From Prevotella sp. (lineage in GTDB: Bacteria > Bacteroidota > Bacteroidia > Bacteroidales > Bacteroidaceae), in the NCBI GenBank assembly GCA_017557405.1, contig JAFYYV010000001.1:142079-206078 (forward strand): a stretch of 64,000 nt of DNA, read 5' to 3'. The notes under the pieces were generated by a model. The model had not been told where the DNA came from. It did not search any database and was given only the letters and a program-made list of their open reading frames with translations. A program made the position numbers and the translations under genes. Shown piece by piece: positions 38,701 to 48,204 of this stretch (positions within the stretch are counted from its first letter, which is position 1; each line of letters begins with the position of its first letter).

Positions 38701-40058
38701 AATTTGTAATAGATTTCACCTGTAGTGGCGTTTCTATAATCGAAACCCCAATAAGGAGAATCCTCCAAGCAACCGAAGAACTCCAATCCTTTGCGCCAAG
38801 GGTCCAAATCGCTCACATGCTGAGCATCACCATGACCAAAGCTTGTAGTATGAAGACCTTTGCCGTTATCATCGATGACCATCGAACCATAGACAATCTC
38901 ATCACGGCCATCCTCATCAACATCGGCAACCACAAAGTTATGATAACCTTGTCCATACCAAGAACTACTTGTGTTTGTACAGTTCCATCTCCAACGCTGA
39001 CTCCATTGATGCGTATCACGGTTCAAATCCATCGCAATCATCTTGTGGGTGCCATAAATGCCGCGAGCCATGAACAAACTGGCTTTGCGACCATCGAGGA
39101 AAGGAGCTCCAAAGAAATACTTCGAGGAGTTATGACCATAGCCTCTGCCACCCCATTCAGCCGATAGGGTAGAGGCATATTCCAACCGTTTGAGCGGATA
39201 TTCGACCACTTGATACTTGGCACCTGTCTGTCCGTTCATGTAGATAAGATATTCGGCTCCCGTATGTGTCCAAGCATATTGCGCGCCATTGCCAGGGTCA
39301 AACGTATCGCGGGTATTCACAGACATGTCGCCAATCGTATAAAGACGATTCTTGCCATTGCTGCCATAAACAATCATATTGTCGGCACCACGCAACACCA
39401 CTTCGGCTTTTCCATCCTCATCCCAGTCGTAGGCGATGATATCGATCTCTGTGGAATTGAGAGAGACCATATTAGGACCGCAATCGATGCGCCACATCAA
39501 CGTAGCGGCTCCTGTCTTCCAGTTGATGTCGTATGCATCAAGAACCACGAATTCCGTGGTATTCGACTGAGGATAAACATTGGCAGCATCCACCGTATTA
39601 AGTCGCTTGATAATCATCTCCAACTGCCCATCGCCATCAAGGTCGGCAAATTCGGCATCGTTGGGTTCGTAATTGGCTGAAACATCATTGCCATTACGGT
39701 CGTATACGGCAGTCAAAGTGATGTTTAGCATTCCAGCATTCAACTCGCTGCTCCACGGAGTAACGGCTGCACATTGACTCTGCTCGACACCGTTTACCAC
39801 AGCACTCACCGAATAGCTCGAACCAACGCTCGTATCGGTGTAGTTGGAAACAGTCAAACCCTCCTTTATTTTCGTACCATTGCGATAAACATTATATGTA
39901 ACTCCATGATATTCATCTACTTGCACACGCCATGAAAGAAACACAGAACTACCTGTATTCACGGCCACAAGACCACGATCGAGATTGTCTGTAAATCTCT
40001 GCGCCATTGCCATGATGCTAGTTGTCAGCATCACAAGTACGATTATTAGTTTTCTCAT
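35778..40058 (-). CDS. Multidomain secreted rhamnogalacturonan lyase (PL11-like) with beta-strand-repeat, LamG/CBM-like regions and a C-terminal dockerin-like module
   Basis: Signal peptide. The N-terminal region resembles YesW-type PL11 (DNLDRGLVAVNTGSSVFLSWR...YNVYRNG, FG-GAP-like DxDGDG repeats). The mid region has autotransporter-associated beta-strand-repeat character. The last ~58 aa carry two DLNxDGxVNxxDxxxLxNxIL repeats. Confidence 0.75.
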   Translation of the reverse strand: MRKLIIVLVMLTTSIMAMAQRFTDNLDRGLVAVNTGSSVFLSWRVQVDEYHGVTYNVYRNGTKIKEGLTVSNYTDTSVGSSYSVSAVVNGVEQSQCAAVTPWSSELNAGMLNITLTAVYDRNGNDVSANYEPNDAEFADLDGDGQLEMIIKRLNTVDAANVYPQSNTTEFVVLDAYDINWKTGAATLMWRIDCGPNMVSLNSTEIDIIAYDWDEDGKAEVVLRGADNMIVYGSNGKNRLYTIGDMSVNTRDTFDPGNGAQYAWTHTGAEYLIYMNGQTGAKYQVVEYPLKRLEYASTLSAEWGGRGYGHNSSKYFFGAPFLDGRKASLFMARGIYGTHKMIAMDLNRDTHQWSQRWRWNCTNTSSSWYGQGYHNFVVADVDEDGRDEIVYGSMVIDDNGKGLHTTSFGHGDAQHVSDLDPWRKGLEFFGCLEDSPYWGFDYRNATTGEIYYKFTSSDDDGRCIAANFLNNYPGSIGRSSKHGMISCVTDQDLTEISDLIAWSDCNFRIYWDGDLCSEVLNSPGTARDAKIDKPGVGRLFNSSGCNMNNDSKNNPCFQGDLLGDWREEIVVRCGSNVRVYTSASSTAYALPSLWYDHQYRQAMVWQMMAYNQPPHLSYFLGESEGYTQAPPSLTTRNRTELSAGASFGTEMDGKHLLFCPQSNATLTFTSQVSPTSLTINTPTWVQGHDDNNNITTTTYTHTLSYSGSNSTLQGDMYFVKQGDGILNMPKKTLTYTGPTEIWGGTVNFDGTLTASRVSMKRFTTLNSTGGSFNGGMTMEYGATLNVGGATAQTLSTVTISDLTLNYGARIVLDLNSTDSSQNDLLNLTTLTINPRDWENGPQYSAPVFQFNCRSSLADGVYPIGTLSSYEGELSRVVIEGVVPANSGSKYFLDSVDGKLCLVVGGTPTLNPPTIEFKAMAPCGDLSDLYPTAAGVQCYLPVVSIINNKTNTSMGSYTPTLSATFTDTEGNTTFVGSTEQQTLYSENYENVTDASAGWTNSGAPISLGTGDATNGNYFYVNTGDTNTRYAYTRLNVDVSSCNTYTVEFDLAIKPSTREPMEFCVMSKGGTNPSNKWDNYAAINGNANMLFDITSVGTTTEYTVNGTSTTTILDSDKWYHYTLTVNKDSRIVTWAISNGSSGTFNLPEGTSAEFDGFYLVAARYYSTLKLDNILIKSADDFSSYAFTRPGTLTITASLNGFESKSTSYTVDKPYKILKETPAYNEIQAADAATVLGSNFNSASFTSRWANWGKANATYGDSYVMVASGQRGGYLDAAAVLNFSDNGNYEYHLVESFGIGHNYTKGNTTVSASELGNEQTIVYYKADLSLGKETNYDEGYVYANADGTWSYELYQNATFCKFIAYVPLSYLRGDLNHDGLVNIVDVTILTNYILGKDLTMTNKREADLNGDGDVNVTDITVLTNIILKKE

Positions 40059-40092
40059 AGTTTTCTATATAGATTTGTTTTTGTTTTCCTTT

Positions 40093-42774
40093 TTATTTCG
40101 TCACTTTTCTGCCATCAACAATGTAGATGGAGGGTAGGGGAGAAGTGAAAGAAGATAAATTAGAGGGGAGCCGGCGACCTTGAAGGTCGTAGACGGGGGT
40201 GGGGTAGGGATTGAAAGGGGTAGGGTGTTGGTTGAAATTTCTGATGCCTGTAACTTGACTGGAACAGAGAATGTTGAAGGTGCGAGTGAGTGAAATACCA
40301 TCTTCAGATGCAGTGACTATGAAAAAGGAGAGTTGTTCTGCAGGGGCATTAACGGTCAACAAACTACCTTTCAGCATTGCACTCATACCATTGGGGACAT
40401 CGATGCTGTAAACTGGGTTCTTGTATCCAGCAAAAAAGTCCTGCAGGTTGAAAACTGGCGTATCGTTGGCAGCAACCATCAAATGTGGTTCCGCCATCCA
40501 ATTAAGGTATTCCTCAAGGTCGGTAAAGCCATCACCATCTGAATCCTCGTTGTTGTTGGCCACATTGGGATTCCATCCTTTCACGGTTTCAAAAATGTCG
40601 GGAATGCCATCTTGGTCAATATCCCACGTTGCAGGACGCTCCTCTTCCACGATGTTCAAACCATTGAAACCCTCTGAATCATCCTCGTGATCAATAAGGC
40701 CTTTTAAGCGTGATTTCGAACCAACGGTGGTGGTGGTTCCGAGAAGCGTCTCTTGAACCATACGACCATCGTGGTTATCAAGTGCAGGTTGATTGCAACC
40801 CACATCTGATAGCACATTCTTGAAAGCTGCCTCTGCGGTTTCGATGTCGGCATAACTTTCAAAGAAAGGCTGGTCGACAAACACCTCCCATTGCTGGGTA
40901 TGCTGCGCCTTCACCACCTTGTTGTACGTCTCGTTCTCCTTGTCCTGCGTTTTTGAGCCATTGAGGTTCTCGCGGATGTTGCCGCTCACATAATAGCTCT
41001 GCGTACCGGGGTGAGGACCTTCCAGCGTGGCTTCTAATAGCATTTTCTTTTGCGTAGAAGGCCCCATTTTGTAGTAGTTGGCCACAAACTGACCTTCGTG
41101 GGTTCCGCCGTCTGTAGCGCGTTTTCCCCAGTTGTAACACACGTTGTTGAACATGTCGTGATGACCGTCGTAATAGCCAGCACCATCCAATCCGCCACTC
41201 ATACTCCAGTTGCGTCCTTCGTTGTGGGCGAGCAGGTTATGATGGAAACTAGCGCCTTTACCACCATTCTCACCACCGCCTATCGTGGCTGCATAGCCGT
41301 GAGCCGTTCCAGCGGGATAGTTGGGATGTCCGGCAATGTTCAGCGCTTCGCTGATAAGAGTGCGCTGCAGGGTAATGTTCTTCGCTCCACGGCTAGAGAA
41401 ACCCTCATCAATCGTCCATGAGATGGAACAATGGTCCATAATAGCATTGTCGTTACCTGCCATTCCAAGACCATCAAGACCTTTGTTGGCATCCGCTTCA
41501 TCGATAATGTGTCCACGTCGCATACGGATGAAACGAGTGATGCCATCGTTAGCCATACCGAAAGGAGCCCCACGCAGCATGATGCCTCGTCCAGGAGCCG
41601 TCTGGCCAGCCACAGTCACAAAGGGGTCGTTGCAGGTCAATCGACTCTGCAGATGAATCACGCCCGCCACATCGAACACGATGGTGCGCGCTCCCTTTTC
41701 TTTCGTGATACCATAGCGGAATGTACCGGGTTGAGGGTTCTGGGCATCGTCATCGAGCGACGTCACATGATAAACCTTGCCACCACGTCCGCCAATGGCA
41801 AAACGACCATAGCCCTCAGCGCCAGGAAATGCCTCACGACGCGGTTGAAAACTCCACACCACACCTTTATAGGTCTCTCCGTCAATCGCCTCGTCTACGC
41901 GCCAGAAATAGCGTTTCAGGGGAGATAATCCACTTTGCACCATCGAGGGTTCGTTGACGATGGTTCCATTCGTAGCATTGGCCACCGCCAGCGAGTCTTC
42001 GCCAAAATAGCACACGTGGCTCGTAGCTCCTGCGGCTGGCGTCCAGCTCAAAGTGATTCCATTATCAGCGTCTGCATGAAGATCCTGATCAATAGGGTTG
42101 GGGTCTTGCGCCAACTTGTCAACAGGCGTCTGTGGGTCGAACTCCAACGAATTGACATAGAAGCTGGTGGTCGTATAGGTTGTGGAGGCATCTGGAGCCG
42201 TATAAAAGGCGATAACCACCGCCTTGGAGGATGATTCCACCTCGAAGCCGATAGTTGAATGTGCGGCAGCAGAAGCCGTCTGTGAGCGACATGTCTGCTC
42301 GATTCCTGTGGCCACCTCTACGCCATCCACCGCTACATTCACCGCAGGCAGCACCGCCGTGCCTGGATTGTAGTCGACATTGTTGTGATAAGCCTGAAGC
42401 GTGTGATGTCCTGCAGAGAGCCCTGTGACGGTCATTTCCAAAACCACCTGCCCTTTGGGTTCGGTTCGGTTGCCATCGGCTTGCAACACCTTTGGTGTAA
42501 CACCATCGTTCACCAGCACATCATATTTGTTCACGCCATCCTTCCACCAGTTGGCATAAACGCAGGTGGCAGTAGAACCCTTGCCGTTCTTTATCGAAAT
42601 CTTCACATCGCCGAATGTCTGCGAAGCGCTTGTACCGGTCGGCACAAACCACGAAGTGAAGTTCTGTGCTGTCTTCCGACTGTTGTTATCGAAATCAATG
42701 TTCTGCGCCAAGACATTGGAAAACAACATCCAACATCCCACGCTCAACACTATTTTCGTTATCGTTTTTCTCAT
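40093..42774 (-). CDS. Pectate lyase (PL1-like beta-helix) with N-terminal CBM-like domains, TSP3-like calcium-binding repeats and a T9SS C-terminal sorting domain
   Basis: Signal peptide. AFPGAEGYGRFAIGGRGGKVYHVTSLDD...TIVFDVAG pectate-lyase entry. DQDGIPD/DSDGDGFTD repeats. The tail VYDLQGRRL...IYIVDGRKVTK is typical of T9SS CTDs. Confidence 0.75.
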   Translation of the reverse strand: MRKTITKIVLSVGCWMLFSNVLAQNIDFDNNSRKTAQNFTSWFVPTGTSASQTFGDVKISIKNGKGSTATCVYANWWKDGVNKYDVLVNDGVTPKVLQADGNRTEPKGQVVLEMTVTGLSAGHHTLQAYHNNVDYNPGTAVLPAVNVAVDGVEVATGIEQTCRSQTASAAAHSTIGFEVESSSKAVVIAFYTAPDASTTYTTTSFYVNSLEFDPQTPVDKLAQDPNPIDQDLHADADNGITLSWTPAAGATSHVCYFGEDSLAVANATNGTIVNEPSMVQSGLSPLKRYFWRVDEAIDGETYKGVVWSFQPRREAFPGAEGYGRFAIGGRGGKVYHVTSLDDDAQNPQPGTFRYGITKEKGARTIVFDVAGVIHLQSRLTCNDPFVTVAGQTAPGRGIMLRGAPFGMANDGITRFIRMRRGHIIDEADANKGLDGLGMAGNDNAIMDHCSISWTIDEGFSSRGAKNITLQRTLISEALNIAGHPNYPAGTAHGYAATIGGGENGGKGASFHHNLLAHNEGRNWSMSGGLDGAGYYDGHHDMFNNVCYNWGKRATDGGTHEGQFVANYYKMGPSTQKKMLLEATLEGPHPGTQSYYVSGNIRENLNGSKTQDKENETYNKVVKAQHTQQWEVFVDQPFFESYADIETAEAAFKNVLSDVGCNQPALDNHDGRMVQETLLGTTTTVGSKSRLKGLIDHEDDSEGFNGLNIVEEERPATWDIDQDGIPDIFETVKGWNPNVANNNEDSDGDGFTDLEEYLNWMAEPHLMVAANDTPVFNLQDFFAGYKNPVYSIDVPNGMSAMLKGSLLTVNAPAEQLSFFIVTASEDGISLTRTFNILCSSQVTGIRNFNQHPTPFNPYPTPVYDLQGRRLPSNLSSFTSPLPSIYIVDGRKVTK

Positions 42775-42832
42775 GCGTTATTGTTTGTAAAAGTAGAATA
42801 GTGTCTGCACATCAGCATAGCTGATTCGGTTG

Positions 42833-42840
42833 CAAAGATA
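42833..42840 (-). promoter_or_regulatory. -7 promoter box TAtcTTTG for the pectate lyase gene
   Basis: The reverse complement of CAAAGATA, about 58 nt upstream of the ATG at 42774. Confidence 0.5.
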
Positions 42841-43004
42841 CAAATTAAAATGAGAAATGAAAATTTTATGCAAAAAAAATATGACGAAAGCGTAAAAAAG
42901 AAAGATGAAAGCATCCCAGCAGACGAACTATTAACAGGAAAAAGACACTCTCTGTAGACAACCAAAACAGGAAAGAAACACCCAAGCCCAAGAAGACGAA
43001 CCGG

Positions 43005-43238
43005 GAATGACAAATGACAAAATGACAAATGACAATAAGGTACCTTACAACATTCCATATATGTAGTAGTGTATATATATTGTATAAATATGTATATATA
43101 GTAATAATATAATTATATAATATTATTATAATATATATAATATATGTTAATATATACTACCCCCCAGCATGCTCCCTAGGCGTTTTCGGCGTTTGCAACC
43201 TATGAACCTTGCTTATTGTCATTTGTCATTTGTCATTC
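43005..43238. repeat. Inverted repeats of ATGACAA heptad runs (43005-43040 / 43207-43238) flanking an ~165-bp segment dominated by A/T palindromes
   Basis: GAATGACAAATGACAAAATGACAAATGACAATAAGG versus CCTTGCTTATTGTCATTTGTCATTTGTCATTC. The core contains TAATAATAT...ATATTATTA. Confidence 0.8.
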
Positions 43239-43251
43239 TGTCATCGGAAGT

Positions 43252-43314
43252 GTCATAGCTATGCAATGACAAGGTCAAAGCTATGCAATGAGCCGCTTAA
43301 AGGCCACAAATGGC
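43252..43314 (-). repeat. Three 22-bp mosaic repeat units (reverse orientation)
   Basis: GTCATAGCTATGCAATGAC, GTCAAAGCTATGCAATGAG, CTTAAAGGCCACAAATGGC at 22-bp spacing. Confidence 0.75.
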
Positions 43315-43713
43315 GTGATGAAAGAGCATCTCTGACAAATCATGTGAAAAAACATCAGAAAAAGTGTGTTCGCGAAGGGTAAAAAAACAATATTTTGGAA
43401 GCAAAAAATCGCAATTCCCTGAACTTTTTTTCTCACGAACGCAAAAATCATGATGAAAATGCCAAACTTGAAAAATTGGAGTTGTGAACGAATGTTAATC
43501 ATTAAAGTTAACAAATGTAAATAATCAAAGACAGAAGAGTGAATAAAAATTGAGATAAAACCGAAACAAAATGGTTGCAATTCGTGCAGAGTGGGATGCA
43601 ATTGGAAGAAAATGCGGTATTTTTCGCTGAATTTCGCTTGATTTGAACTAAAAACTCACACGCGAGAATGCAAATTTATTTGTATTCTCTTCGTTTATCA
43701 CATTTTTTTGCAC

Positions 43714-43721
43714 TACCTTTG
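43714..43721 (+). promoter_or_regulatory. -7 promoter box TAccTTTG for leuS
   Basis: TAnnTTTG match 29 nt upstream of the ATG at 43751. Confidence 0.55.
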
Positions 43722-43750
43722 CAGCCAAATACACAATATTAAATAGAATC

Positions 43751-46618
43751 ATGGAATATAATTTCAGAGAAATTGAGAAGAAATGGCAACAAAAGTGGGT
43801 GGATGAGAAGACCTACAAAGTGAAGGAAGACGAGACGAAAAAGAAATTCTACGTGCTCAACATGTTCCCTTATCCGAGCGGAGCAGGACTGCACGTGGGA
43901 CACCCGCTTGGCTACATTGCCAGCGACATTTACGCACGATTCAAACGGCAGCAGGGCTTCAACGTGCTCAACCCGATGGGATACGATGCATACGGCCTGC
44001 CCGCCGAGCAATTCGCCATACAGACAGGACAACACCCAGCCATCACGACCGAAGCCAACATCAAGCGCTATCGTGAGCAGTTGGACAAGATAGGATTCTG
44101 CTTCGACTGGGATCGCGAGGTGCGCACCTGCGAGCCTGGCTACTACCATTGGACGCAATGGGCTTTCCAGAAGATGTTCAACTCCTTCTATTGCAACAAA
44201 CAGCTGAAAGCACTGCCCATAGAGAAACTCGTTGAGCGCTTCAAAACCAAAGGAACCCTTAGCGATGACGGTGGAATCATCGATGTGGCTTGCAGCGAGG
44301 AATTGCAGTTCACGGCCGAAGAATGGAATTCATGGGACGAGAAACGCCAGCAAGAAGTGTTGATGAACTATCGCATCGCTTATCTGGGTGAAACGATGGT
44401 GAACTGGTGTGCTGGTTTGGGTACTGTGCTGGCCAACGATGAGGTGGTGGACGGTGTGTCCGTGCGCGGTGGTTTTCCCGTTGTACAGAAGAAGATGCGC
44501 CAGTGGTGCCTCCGTGTGTCAGCCTACGCTCAACGTTTGCTTGACGGACTTGAAACCATCGATTGGACGGACTCTTTGAAAGAAACACAACGCAACTGGA
44601 TTGGTCGCTCAGAAGGTACTGAGATGCAGTTCAAAGTGGCCGACAGCGATTTCGATTTCACTATTTTCACCACTCGTGCCGATACCATTTTTGGAGTGAC
44701 CTTCATGGTGCTCGCACCTGAGAGTGAGTTGGTGGAAAAGCTCACACGCCCCGAGCAGAAAGCGGAGGTGGAGGAGTATCTTGCCTACGTGAAGAAACGC
44801 ACAGAACGCGACCGTCAGATGGATCATCGTGTAACGGGTGTGTTCTCTGGCTCTTATGCCATCAACCCCTTCACAGGCGAAAACATCCCCATTTGGATTA
44901 GCGAATACGTGCTTGCCGGATATGGAACGGGAGCCATCATGGCCGTACCTGCCCACGACTCGCGCGACTATGCTTTTGCAAAGCACTTCAATCTGCCCAT
45001 CATCCCGTTGATTGAGGGTGCAGACATCAGCGAAGAGAGTTTCGATGCCAAGGAGGGAATTGTGATGAACTCGCCGATGGCTAGCAAGACCGCTCTTGAC
45101 GGATTCAGCTTGAATGGTTTGACCGTGAAAGAAGCCATCCAGGCAACCAAGGATTTTGTCACATCCCACCAGTTGGGTCGGGTGAAGGTGAACTTCCGTC
45201 TGCGCGATGCCATCTTCTCACGCCAACGCTATTGGGGTGAGCCGTTCCCTGTTTACTACAAGGATGGAATGCCCTACATGATTCCCGAGGAGTGTCTGCC
45301 GCTCGAACTGCCTGAAATCAAGACCTATCAGCCCACTGAGACGGGTGAACCGCCATTGGGACATGCTGAGGTTTGGGCTTGGGACACGACGAAGAATGCC
45401 GTTGTTGACAAGAAGCTCATTGACAACGTGAACATCTTCCCGCTCGAACTCAACACGATGCCTGGATTCGCTGGTTCAAGCGCCTACTATCTGAGATATA
45501 TGGACCCGCACAATAACAAGGCTCTGGTATCGAAAGAAGCCGATGAATATTGGCAGAACGTTGACCTCTATGTGGGTGGAACCGAGCATGCAACGGGCCA
45601 CCTGATCTACTCGCGCTTCTGGAACAAATTCTTGCACGACCTCGGTGCGAGTTGCAAAGAAGAGCCATTCCAGAAACTCGTCAACCAAGGAATGATTCAA
45701 GGCCGCTCGAATTTTGTGTATCGCGACAACAAAGCCAGCGAGAAAGCTGGACATCCCATGTTCGTCAGTTTGAACTTGGTACCCAAAGACCAACAAGCCG
45801 AATATACTCCGATTCATGTCGATGTGAACATCGTTTCGAACGATATTCTTGACATCGAAGCCTTCAAGGCATGGCGCCCCGAATATGCAAACGCCGAATT
45901 CACACTCGAAGACGGCAAATACATCTGCGGATGGGCCATCGAGAAGATGTCGAAATCGATGTTCAACGTGGTAAATCCTGATATGATAGTCGAGCGCTAT
46001 GGAGCAGATACACTTCGTCTTTATGAGATGTTCCTCGGTCCTGTGGAGCAATCTAAGCCTTGGGACACCAACGGCATTGATGGTTGCCACCGCTTCCTGA
46101 AGAAGTTTTGGAACCTTTGCTCTTCTGCAAGTGCAGAGGCTGTCGAGCCTACCAAAGAGGAATTGAAGAGCATACACAAACTCATCAAGAAGGTGACTGC
46201 CGACATTCAAAACTTCTCGTACAACACAGCCATCTCGGCCTTCATGATTTGCGTGAACGAGCTCTCGCAACTGAAATGTAAGAACAAAGAGTTGTTGAGT
46301 CAGTTGGTTGTTTCCATCGCTCCATTTGCCCCACACATCGCCGAAGAATTGTGGAGCCAGATGGGAGGCGAGGGTAGTGTTTGCGATGCAAAATGGCCTG
46401 AGTGGAACGAGGCGTATCTCGTTGAGAACACCGTGAAGCTGGGCGTGGCCTTCAACGGAAAAACCCGTTTCGACATGGAGTTCGCAGCCGATGCAGACAA
46501 TAAAACCATCGAGGAAAGCGTGATGGCTGATGAACGTGCTGCACGCTACATCGAAGGCAAACAAATCATCAAGGTTATCATCGTCCCTAAACGTATGGTG
46601 AACATTGTATGTAAATAA
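43751..46618 (+). CDS. leuS: Leucine--tRNA ligase
   Basis: HIGH motif (HVGHPLGY), KMSKS motif (EKMSKSMFN), and a CP1 editing domain insertion. Confidence 0.97.
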   Translation: MEYNFREIEKKWQQKWVDEKTYKVKEDETKKKFYVLNMFPYPSGAGLHVGHPLGYIASDIYARFKRQQGFNVLNPMGYDAYGLPAEQFAIQTGQHPAITTEANIKRYREQLDKIGFCFDWDREVRTCEPGYYHWTQWAFQKMFNSFYCNKQLKALPIEKLVERFKTKGTLSDDGGIIDVACSEELQFTAEEWNSWDEKRQQEVLMNYRIAYLGETMVNWCAGLGTVLANDEVVDGVSVRGGFPVVQKKMRQWCLRVSAYAQRLLDGLETIDWTDSLKETQRNWIGRSEGTEMQFKVADSDFDFTIFTTRADTIFGVTFMVLAPESELVEKLTRPEQKAEVEEYLAYVKKRTERDRQMDHRVTGVFSGSYAINPFTGENIPIWISEYVLAGYGTGAIMAVPAHDSRDYAFAKHFNLPIIPLIEGADISEESFDAKEGIVMNSPMASKTALDGFSLNGLTVKEAIQATKDFVTSHQLGRVKVNFRLRDAIFSRQRYWGEPFPVYYKDGMPYMIPEECLPLELPEIKTYQPTETGEPPLGHAEVWAWDTTKNAVVDKKLIDNVNIFPLELNTMPGFAGSSAYYLRYMDPHNNKALVSKEADEYWQNVDLYVGGTEHATGHLIYSRFWNKFLHDLGASCKEEPFQKLVNQGMIQGRSNFVYRDNKASEKAGHPMFVSLNLVPKDQQAEYTPIHVDVNIVSNDILDIEAFKAWRPEYANAEFTLEDGKYICGWAIEKMSKSMFNVVNPDMIVERYGADTLRLYEMFLGPVEQSKPWDTNGIDGCHRFLKKFWNLCSSASAEAVEPTKEELKSIHKLIKKVTADIQNFSYNTAISAFMICVNELSQLKCKNKELLSQLVVSIAPFAPHIAEELWSQMGGEGSVCDAKWPEWNEAYLVENTVKLGVAFNGKTRFDMEFAADADNKTIEESVMADERAARYIEGKQIIKVIIVPKRMVNIVCK

Positions 46619-47557
46619 ATGACAGTAAATCATCAAATTATCTGGAATGAGGCTAAGGATTATATCACTATAACCCTTGGTCTCATTTTGTATTCTTTCG
46701 GATTCACATTCTTCCTGATGCCCTACGAGATTGTGACGGGAGGTGTAACGGGTGTGTCGGCCATTGTCTATTATGCAACTGGCTTCCCAAACTCGTTTAC
46801 TTACTTCCTGGTCAATGCAGCTTTGTTGATCATCGGTTTGAAGATTTTGGGATGGAAATTCCTAGTGAAAACCATCTACGCCATCCTTGTGTTGACGGTG
46901 TTGTTGGAATTCATGCGCAAAGCCATTCCTGTGGATGAAAGTGGGAATTTCGTGAAGATTCTCGGTGAAGGACAAGACTTCATGTCGCTTGTTATCGGTT
47001 GTGTGATGACAGGTATTGCATTGGGTGTCGTGTTCCTAAGTAACGGTTCGACAGGTGGTACTGACATCATTGCAGCATCGGTCAACAAATACCACAATGT
47101 TTCGTTGGGTACCGTGCTCATTTTTGTTGATTTCATCATCGTTGGCAGCTGTTTGTTCATCCCACAATTCGGCAATATGCTCGAGCGAACCACGATGGTC
47201 GTCTTCGGTTTCTGTACCATCGTCATCGAAAACTTCATGCTCGATTACATTATGGAACACCGCAGGCAATCGGTGCAATTCTTCATCTTCTCCAACAAAT
47301 GGCAGGAGATTGCCAACGCACTCGGTACGCAGACAGAACATGGTGTGACCATCCTTGATGGACACGGTTGGTACACGGGTCAACAACGGAAGGTCATCTG
47401 CTTGCTTGCCCGTAAGAACGAAAGCACTTACATTTTCCGACTCATCAAGATGATCGACCCCAATGCCTTTGTCAGCCAAAGTTCGGTCATCGGCGTTTAT
47501 GGTGAAGGATTCGACCAGATAAAAGTGAAAATACCAACAGAAAAGAAAGATGATTGA
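46619..47557 (+). CDS. YitT family membrane protein (DUF2179 C-terminal domain)
   Basis: The ATG abuts the leuS stop. Multi-pass N-region with [12 protein letters not shown]; soluble C-terminal domain. Confidence 0.8.
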   Translation: MTVNHQIIWNEAKDYITITLGLILYSFGFTFFLMPYEIVTGGVTGVSAIVYYATGFPNSFTYFLVNAALLIIGLKILGWKFLVKTIYAILVLTVLLEFMRKAIPVDESGNFVKILGEGQDFMSLVIGCVMTGIALGVVFLSNGSTGGTDIIAASVNKYHNVSLGTVLIFVDFIIVGSCLFIPQFGNMLERTTMVVFGFCTIVIENFMLDYIMEHRRQSVQFFIFSNKWQEIANALGTQTEHGVTILDGHGWYTGQQRKVICLLARKNESTYIFRLIKMIDPNAFVSQSSVIGVYGEGFDQIKVKIPTEKKDD

Positions 47558-48179
47558 AATTGTTTTTGCCACCAACAACAAACACAAGCTCGATGAGATT
47601 CGGCAGATTCTCGGAGAAGAGTTCAAAGTGTTGTCTCTCAACGATATAGGTTGCTATGATGAGATTCCTGAAGACCACGATACGTTGCGAGAAAATGCTC
47701 TTCAAAAGGCTCAATATGTGTTCGAATTCAAGAACATGATGACTTGTTGCTTTGCTGATGACACAGGATTGGAAGTAGATGCGTTGAATGGCGAACCTGG
47801 TGTTCATAGTGCCCGCTATGCGGAGGAAACAGATCATGATAGCGAAGCCAATATGCGCAAACTATTGGCTAAATTAGGAAATAATAACAATCGTCGTGCA
47901 CGATTTCGCACGGTTATTGCGTTAATAGAATTGGAAGAGGACGATTCAACCGAATTTCCAATACGTTCCCAAGTAACGCATTTCTTCGAAGGTATCGTTG
48001 AAGGAACCATTGCTTACGAAAAGAGCGGACACGAAGGATTCGGATATGATCCCATCTTCATTCCTGATGGCTACGACAAGTCGTTTGCTGAATTGGGAGA
48101 AGAAATCAAAAACAAGATATCCCACCGTGCTCGTGCCGTTCAGAAGTTGGCAGATTACCTCAAAAAAGAGGCTGTCTGA
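47550..48179 (+). CDS. rdgB: Non-canonical purine NTP pyrophosphatase (RdgB/HAM1 family)
   Basis: [18 protein letters not shown]...[23 protein letters not shown]...GFGYDPIF...ISHRA; overlaps the previous gene by 8 nt. Confidence 0.9.
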   Translation: MIEIVFATNNKHKLDEIRQILGEEFKVLSLNDIGCYDEIPEDHDTLRENALQKAQYVFEFKNMMTCCFADDTGLEVDALNGEPGVHSARYAEETDHDSEANMRKLLAKLGNNNNRRARFRTVIALIELEEDDSTEFPIRSQVTHFFEGIVEGTIAYEKSGHEGFGYDPIFIPDGYDKSFAELGEEIKNKISHRARAVQKLADYLKKEAV

Positions 48180-48204
48180 TTAAACAAAGAATTAGTTGTT
48201 ATTC

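Noticed and set aside
42771-43601. ORFs of 95 aa (42771-43058) and 106 aa (43281-43601) in the long gap upstream of leuS
   Set aside because: They span promoter, repeat and A/T-palindrome sequence, have no signal or family motifs and no plausible promoter, so they are probably spurious.
45476-46636. 386-aa minus-strand ORF
   Set aside because: It is entirely antisense to the well-supported leuS gene and has no recognisable motifs, so it looks like a typical shadow ORF.
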